NCBI GenBank assembly: GCA_963830915.1
Contig: CAWHOE010000036.1
Coordinates: 1-12,760, forward strand
DNA: 12,760 nucleotides
Origin: a candidate division FCPU426 bacterium
GTDB lineage: Bacteria > Oederibacteriota > Muellerivitia > Muellerivitales > Muellerivitaceae
Direction of reading: 5' to 3'
The notes below the pieces were generated by a model, which saw nothing but the letters and a program-made list of their open reading frames with translations, made no database searches and was not told the DNA's origin. Made by a program: the position numbers and the translations under genes. This document shows positions 7,552-12,760 of the stretch, one piece after another. The stretch's first letter is position 1, and every line of letters begins with the position of its first letter.

Positions 7552-8304
7552 ATGAAACGATTCATTTTAATCGCGATGTTGTTGGCGTTGCCTGCTGGGC
7601 AACTTTGGGCCGTGACGGAAGCAATCTTCACTTCTGTTGATGGGAAAGTGGAAGTCAGGGGCCAGAAGGGTCACAAGATCCGAGTCGCCCAAAAAGATAC
7701 CAGGGCGATTGAAGGTGAGAGGATCGTTACGGACAAGGATTCCACCGCGGTACTAAAATTATTCGACGGTTCAGAGCTGAAGATCGGGCACAACACCGAT
7801 TTCTGGTTGAACAAACTCCAACAAACGAAGAGTTCGGACAAAATGATCCGATTCAAACTGCTGGTGGGAAGTTTGATCGCTTCGGTCAAAAAGCTAACCA
7901 CGTCCCACTCCACTTTCGAGGTTGAGTCGGGCGGTGTGGTCTGCGGTGTACGGGGAACGCAGTTCACCATTAGTTATGACCCTACGACCAATACGGTCGA
8001 TATCAATGTCACAGAGGGTAGTGTTTACGGCAACTCTAATGGCCACACCGATGAGTTTGGCGCGGGTCAGGGCGGGGAATATAGGGATGGGCATTTAGTA
8101 ATTCCACCTAGTGCAAACAATCCTCAGGGTAATCACAATCCCACAGGTGATACGGGCAATGATCCCGCTCTTAATGATCTTACCGGCCAGTTCAACGGAC
8201 AGAACAAAGTTAATGGCGATACTGGCTATACCGATCCGTCTGTCAATGGTTCCGTGAAAGTGAATGTACATGCTGTAGTCGGTTCCCAAGAGGCGGTGCC
8301 TTAA
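7552..8304 (+). CDS. Secreted FecR-domain protein with a low-complexity Asn/Gly/Asp-rich tail
   Basis: Signal peptide MKRFILIAMLLALPAGQLWA; FecR-type motifs VDGKVEV, EGERIVTDKDSTAVLKLFDGSELKIGHNT, LLVGSL, GVRGTQF and INVTEGSV. Confidence 0.88.
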   Translation: MKRFILIAMLLALPAGQLWAVTEAIFTSVDGKVEVRGQKGHKIRVAQKDTRAIEGERIVTDKDSTAVLKLFDGSELKIGHNTDFWLNKLQQTKSSDKMIRFKLLVGSLIASVKKLTTSHSTFEVESGGVVCGVRGTQFTISYDPTTNTVDINVTEGSVYGNSNGHTDEFGAGQGGEYRDGHLVIPPSANNPQGNHNPTGDTGNDPALNDLTGQFNGQNKVNGDTGYTDPSVNGSVKVNVHAVVGSQEAVP

Positions 8305-9458
8305 TGAAAAACAAAAAAACTTTCGAGGCTAAAATGAGACAAACGATTTTGACCATTTCGTTGTTGATGTTCTCGAACATTGTTAGCGCCGGAACTCTAA
8401 ACATTGGCGTGCAATACGACGGGTGGGACTCCAATTTCCTTCAGCCTTACAATGGGTGGGAGATTTGGGCTCCCTTGTCACTAAACTATAAGTTCTCTCC
8501 TTCTTTTTCTGTTTACGGCCAAACGATATATGGGAAGGGAAGCTATACCGATTCCTTAAGCGGCAATTCTGAAACCATACAATTGAATAATCTTTCCGAT
8601 TCTGTCGTTGGCGGGGAATTCGCATTCAAAAGTTTTTCGGTGCCCAGCATACTGAATGTCAGTTTCAACTTGCCGACCGGTGACTCGACTTGGGAAGCCA
8701 AACAGATCGTCTCAAAGATCCCAACCGAATTCATCGATTCAACCTATTTCGGAAGGGGATTCGGGATAAGCGCCATGTATGGTGTTTCGATTCCCGCGGG
8801 TAGTTCGGAGATTGGCGCGGCGGCGGGTTACCTTTATTCCGGAAGTTATAATCCCAGCTATGGAGCCAATGCGGACCCCAGCCAACAGCAAAGGATAGGG
8901 GATTCTATTTTCCTGGCTTTCAACCGTGTACAGCCATATTCCAATGGTCAGAAAGATGTTATCCGACTGTCGGGGTACTATTTCCTGGATACGACGAATG
9001 ACAACAACGATATTTTCAGACTTGGGCCGAATCTAAACGCTTCATATGGGTTCATCGACCCAAAGGCCTTCTCGTTCGAAATAGGGGGACAATATTATTT
9101 TAGTTCTCAAAGGATATTGCCGGATGGGCTTTATGGAACGGAGCTGCATGATTCCTACGGCCCACGTCTGTATTTCACGCCATCCTACGCTTTCGGGGAC
9201 CTGAATATTGGATTGGTTGGAAAATACATATTCGCAAACGGTTATTCGACCACCGATGCCTTATACGATGGAGGTGGTTGGCTATTCGGGGTTTCCCCAA
9301 CGTATCGTCTGAAGTTGGACGATATTTCGGCCTTGAACATCAACGCCGGCTATGACTTCATCATTCATGAAAATGGCGGTCCTGATGCTAATGGTAATTT
9401 GACCAACGTTACCTATGATTATTGGACCATAGGGACCAATTACGAGATAAAAATATAA
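8304..9458 (+). CDS. Putative outer-membrane beta-barrel protein (alternative start ATG 8334)
   Basis: TAATG overlap with the FecR-domain gene; signal peptide (MRQTILTISLLMFSNIVSA); Gly/Tyr/Phe-rich alternating amphipathic strands throughout (FSFEIGGQYYF, LNIGLVGKYIF, LNINAGYDFI); C-terminal strand YWTIGTNYEIKI resembles a beta-signal. Confidence 0.75.
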   Translation: MKNKKTFEAKMRQTILTISLLMFSNIVSAGTLNIGVQYDGWDSNFLQPYNGWEIWAPLSLNYKFSPSFSVYGQTIYGKGSYTDSLSGNSETIQLNNLSDSVVGGEFAFKSFSVPSILNVSFNLPTGDSTWEAKQIVSKIPTEFIDSTYFGRGFGISAMYGVSIPAGSSEIGAAAGYLYSGSYNPSYGANADPSQQQRIGDSIFLAFNRVQPYSNGQKDVIRLSGYYFLDTTNDNNDIFRLGPNLNASYGFIDPKAFSFEIGGQYYFSSQRILPDGLYGTELHDSYGPRLYFTPSYAFGDLNIGLVGKYIFANGYSTTDALYDGGGWLFGVSPTYRLKLDDISALNINAGYDFIIHENGGPDANGNLTNVTYDYWTIGTNYEIKI

Positions 9459-9541
9459 TTGCAAAAAAGATTGCTAACTCGGTTGCCCAAGGCTTTTAAC
9501 CATGGTTGGCTTTTCATACGTTAAGGAAGGCGAGGTTTAAA

Positions 9542-10552
9542 ATGCCCGCGAATATGAAAAAAAGATCGGCGATTCTTTCGGTTTTTTTGGGTATGGTCCT
9601 GTTCGCTTGGGGTTGCCAGCAATCTAAACCCCTTGCTCCTAGTCGGATCGCGGCACTGACCCTAACTGTCCCCCAATCGAAAGAACTTAAAGCTTCCTTG
9701 CTTGGCGCCTCTAACAATGAATTGCTTTATTACATCACGGGTGATGGTATGCAACCTGTTTATGGAGTGGTGGGACCTTTCAGCACTGCCTCTGATACAG
9801 GAAACATCAATCTGAACCTGAACGTGCCAGCCGGGGGAGATCGGCTTGTCTCTCTCCAGTTGAATAATTCCGATACCCACCAACCCCTGGCGGTCGGCGC
9901 TGGAACAGTCGATCTTTCCGGGTCGGTTTCCTCGGCCTCGGTTTCTATCGAATTGGGCTCGGTGGCACGAAATTGCTATACCTTAACTAACATCCCGACA
10001 GGAACCAATTATGTCTATGACTTCAATGACGATCTCTTGATGACCCAGGCTTTCGCCGCAACAACCCCCACTGCCTCCAATAATGACGTTATGGTTGCCA
10101 CTACGTTTGGTCCTTATGATCTGGAAGACCCAACCGAATCCAATAATACAGTGGCTTTTATTGGCAATGGGGATCTGGTGAACTTTGATTTTGTTCCTTC
10201 GGATGATAGATTCAGCTCATATTCCTATAATTCCAAGAGAAACGCTGTTTATGTTCCGCCAACGCCCATACCTACTAGTGGTGGTGGGCCGACTAAAACG
10301 AAAACTCCAAGCTTTGTTCATTCCTCAAATGCCTATAGAACGACAACTTATACTTTGGAAACGGGTGACGTGTACTGCGTCAAACTATCCAGCCTACCGG
10401 GGGGCCACGCCTGGGTTCAGGTCATCGATCCCGGAAGTGTCAATGCGGGACCGACTTTCCGATATCGCGTCAATAGTACCTTGCCCTATTATGCTTATGA
10501 GCAGACATCGGCGGATGTATCCAGCGCCGGTGCTTGCAATTTAGGATGGTAA
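9542..10552 (+). CDS. Putative lipoprotein, beta-rich, two domains (start ATG 9542 or 9554 rather than TTG 9506)
   Basis: GAGG at 9532-9535 lies 6 nt before ATG 9542; MKKRSAILSVFLGMVLFAWG-C looks like a signal peptidase II signal (Cys codon 9614-9616); the mature region is Ser/Thr/Asn-rich with a Pro/Thr segment. Confidence 0.75.
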   Translation: MPANMKKRSAILSVFLGMVLFAWGCQQSKPLAPSRIAALTLTVPQSKELKASLLGASNNELLYYITGDGMQPVYGVVGPFSTASDTGNINLNLNVPAGGDRLVSLQLNNSDTHQPLAVGAGTVDLSGSVSSASVSIELGSVARNCYTLTNIPTGTNYVYDFNDDLLMTQAFAATTPTASNNDVMVATTFGPYDLEDPTESNNTVAFIGNGDLVNFDFVPSDDRFSSYSYNSKRNAVYVPPTPIPTSGGGPTKTKTPSFVHSSNAYRTTTYTLETGDVYCVKLSSLPGGHAWVQVIDPGSVNAGPTFRYRVNSTLPYYAYEQTSADVSSAGACNLGW

Positions 10553-10564
10553 AGAGTCCAACCT

Positions 10565-11158
10565 TTGTCTGACAATCTGAAAAGTTTCGCGGACGTTCTC
10601 AGCCTTTTCCTGCCTCTATTCGTCGCCATGGACCCTCTGGGTGTTCTTCCGGCGCTGATCGGGATGACCTCCGACCTTTCCAAAGAACGCCATCGAAAGA
10701 TCGTGGATGGTTCCATCCTGACCGCTGGAGCGGTCGGCTTACTTTTCATTCCTTTGGGACCACTGGCTCTTTCGGCCATCGGATTAAAGACAGGAGACTT
10801 CCAGGTTGCCGGAGGTTTATTGGTCCTGGTCGTGGCCCTTCGGGACATCGTTTGGGACCAAAAGATGCTCATGAACCATAAGAATGGGGTTGGGATCGTT
10901 CCCATCGGGATCCCGCTCCTGGTAGGCCCGGCCGTATTTGCCACTCTTATATTATTGAGGGACCGGTTTTCTTGGTGGGAAATAGCGCTGAGTCTGGTCC
11001 TCAATCTATTTTTCAGTTGGGTTGTGTTCCGCAAATCCGCTACCCTCATGGTCTGGATGGGAGTTACGGGAACCAAGGTCGTTTCCAAACTGGCGGCCCT
11101 TCTGCTTTCGGCCTACGCGGTGATGATGATCCGAGTCGGCTTTTTCTCTTTCAAATAA
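10565..11158 (+). CDS. MarC family membrane protein
   Basis: LFVAMDPLGVLP, FQVAGGLLV, IVPIGIPLLVGPA and GTKVVSKLAALLLSAYAVMMIRVG; six hydrophobic segments; TTG start. Confidence 0.93.
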   Translation: MSDNLKSFADVLSLFLPLFVAMDPLGVLPALIGMTSDLSKERHRKIVDGSILTAGAVGLLFIPLGPLALSAIGLKTGDFQVAGGLLVLVVALRDIVWDQKMLMNHKNGVGIVPIGIPLLVGPAVFATLILLRDRFSWWEIALSLVLNLFFSWVVFRKSATLMVWMGVTGTKVVSKLAALLLSAYAVMMIRVGFFSFK

Positions 11159-11189
11159 TAGGATGGCCCTAGGGGCCGGATGGGTGAAA

Positions 11190-11946
11190 ATGAAAGATCC
11201 AAAAATACTGGTCATTTATAAGGAAAGCGCCTATACACGGTTCAAAGCCTCCCAACATCTCCCGCCGCCCCTGAGGAAAGGTCGCTACTGGAATGTCATT
11301 TGTGGAAGCCATCAGCGGCACAGCGGCACAATCCAGGGTATCCGGGACATCTTGAGTTCCGAGGGCATCCCGGCCACATGGGTTTTGCGGCATAAGATCC
11401 ATCACCTGAAGGATGTTGACCGAAAATTCAAGTTGATCATCACGGTCGGGGGCGATGGGACCTTGTTGGATTCCTCCCACATCACCCGAAAAGCCCATGT
11501 TATGGGGGTCAATTCCGATCCGGTACGCAGTGTGGCTCGGTTCAGCGCGTGCACTCTGGCCTCCTTTCGGACGGTTTTGCGGGACTATCTGGAAGGAAAT
11601 ATCGAGGCTATTCCCGTCCCGAGGCTGGAATTTTCCATCAATGGCAAGAGATCCAAATGGCTGATCTTGAACGATCTTCTGGTAAGCACGCTCAGCCCGG
11701 CGGGAACGTCGCGTTACATGATCAAGGTGGGGAATCGGATCGAGGAACAGATGTCCAGCGGCATCTGGATCAGCACTGCCGCAGGCTCCACGGCCGCCAT
11801 CGCCTCGGCGGGCGGCGAGATACTGCCTTCCACATCCAAACAATTCCAGTATGTCGTGCGGGAAGCCTATCCGAGGAAATTTGGGCCCAGGCTTATGCTG
11901 AAAGAAGTCTTGAATGGGAAGAAGACCTTGGAAATATTGTCCTACA
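11190..11946 (+). CDS. NAD(+)/NADH kinase, 3'-truncated at the composition junction
   Basis: GGDGT motif (11448-11462), GVNSDP, LND motif and Gly-rich SSGIWISTAAGSTAAIASAGG. Protein-like sequence ends at ...LEILSY; the Arg/Pro/Ala tail to 12149 is read-through into unrelated high-GC DNA. Start may be 11163 or 11190. Confidence 0.88.
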
Positions 11947-11952
11947 AAGATG
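11944..11952. other. Abrupt composition breakpoint, probable chimeric junction
   Basis: Hand counts: 26/60 G+C at 11881-11940 versus 50/60 at 12001-12060; genes on both sides are cut mid-CDS. Confidence 0.85.
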
Positions 11953-12759
11953 CCAGGTCGCGGCCGCGCCCAGCGTGGCGGGGACGTGGAAACCGGGCGG
12001 CAGCGCGTCGGGCCAGGTCGGCAGCGGATGCGCCGCCGCCCAAGCGCCGGCGGCCGCGACGAGCGCCGCCGTCGCGGCCGGCGCGAAATGGAAGGGGCGC
12101 AGGCGCCCGCGCGCGAGCACGGCGAGGGCCAGGGCTGCAGCCAGCGTGAGCAGGGCCGTCGCCGCGACGCCGCTCGGACGCTGCGCCAGACCGAGCCAAT
12201 CGACGCCCGCGGCGAGCGTGGCGAACGCGGCAGCCTGCCAGCGCGCGCCCGACGAGGCGCGCAGGCAGAGGACGGCCGGCAGGAACGCGACCGCGAAATC
12301 GTGCTCGTGGGCGAACGGGAGCGCGAGCGGAAGGGCCGCGCTCGCCACGGCGACGCGGGCCACCGGATCGTAGCGCCGCGTCGCGCACTGCAACGTGACG
12401 AGCAGCAGCGCGAGCGCCGCGAGGCCGAGCGCCAGCGTTCCGGCGAGCGCGGGCGAGGCGCCGAGCGCGCGAGCGACGGCGCCGGGCGTCGTTTGGATCG
12501 CGATGAAACGCTCCGCCGCCGCATGCTGGGCGAGCGTCGCCAGGTAACGCCCCAAGCCGCCGCGGCCCAGCTCCAGAGCCGAGCCGGCGGCGACGAGCGC
12601 CGCCGCTCCGCCGAGCGCGATCGCGGAACGGCGGTCGCCGAGCCGGGCCCCGAGCACGAGCGCGAGATTCGGCTGGAGCGCCGCGACGAGCGCGGCGGCG
12701 GCCGCCCCGAGCAGCGCACGGTGCCGCAGGAACAGCAGCGCGGCCACGATCGCCGCGCA
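11947..12759 (-). CDS. Internal fragment of a polytopic membrane protein, probably glycosyltransferase family 87 (DUF2029-like)
   Basis: Frame is open from the window end; Ala/Leu-rich TM segments; AALQPNLAL resembles the GT87 K/Q-P motif and LPFAHEHDF the later P-x-x-H/W-x-H-D/Y motif; codons end strongly in G/C. The residues after ...ATWHL (to 11893) are read-through into the kinase antisense strand. Confidence 0.62.
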
Positions 12760-12760
12760 C

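Noticed and set aside
9506..9541. TTG start at 9506 for the lipoprotein
   Set aside because: It has no SD and would over-extend the signal peptide; ATG 9542 has GAGG at proper spacing.
10495..11088. 197-aa minus-strand ORF
   Set aside because: Antisense shadow of the MarC gene.
11169..12760. Long ORFs 11169-12719 (-), 11549-12373 (+), 11942-12760 (-) and the Arg-rich kinase tail to 12149
   Set aside because: Arg/Ser/Pro-rich shadow frames caused by stop-codon scarcity in high-GC DNA; they cross or abut the junction and show no motifs.
1..12760. CRISPR arrays, tRNA/rRNA genes, IS elements, defence or phage genes
   Set aside because: Intergenic gaps are all under about 175 nt, and I saw no periodic repeats, cloverleaf motifs or transposase/integrase motifs.

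Overview
Bases 1 to ~11946 look like ordinary chromosome from a moderate-GC, probably diderm bacterium: the 3' end of ychF, a small exported hypothetical protein, thiM and nth on the minus strand, a three-gene ABC-2-type transporter, a CHASE2 transmembrane class III adenylate cyclase, a secreted FecR-domain protein, a putative outer-membrane beta-barrel, a lipoprotein, MarC and an NAD(H) kinase. The most interesting part is 5137-10552 (cyclase, FecR-domain protein, barrel, lipoprotein). It looks like a trans-envelope signalling module whose output is cAMP rather than an ECF sigma factor. At ~11947 the sequence switches abruptly to roughly 80% GC DNA encoding an internal fragment of a GT87-like membrane glycosyltransferase on the minus strand. 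Both genes at the junction are truncated, most likely from a chimeric read or assembly join. I saw no RNA genes, CRISPR arrays or mobile elements. All calls come from motif recognition by eye; no database searches were run.
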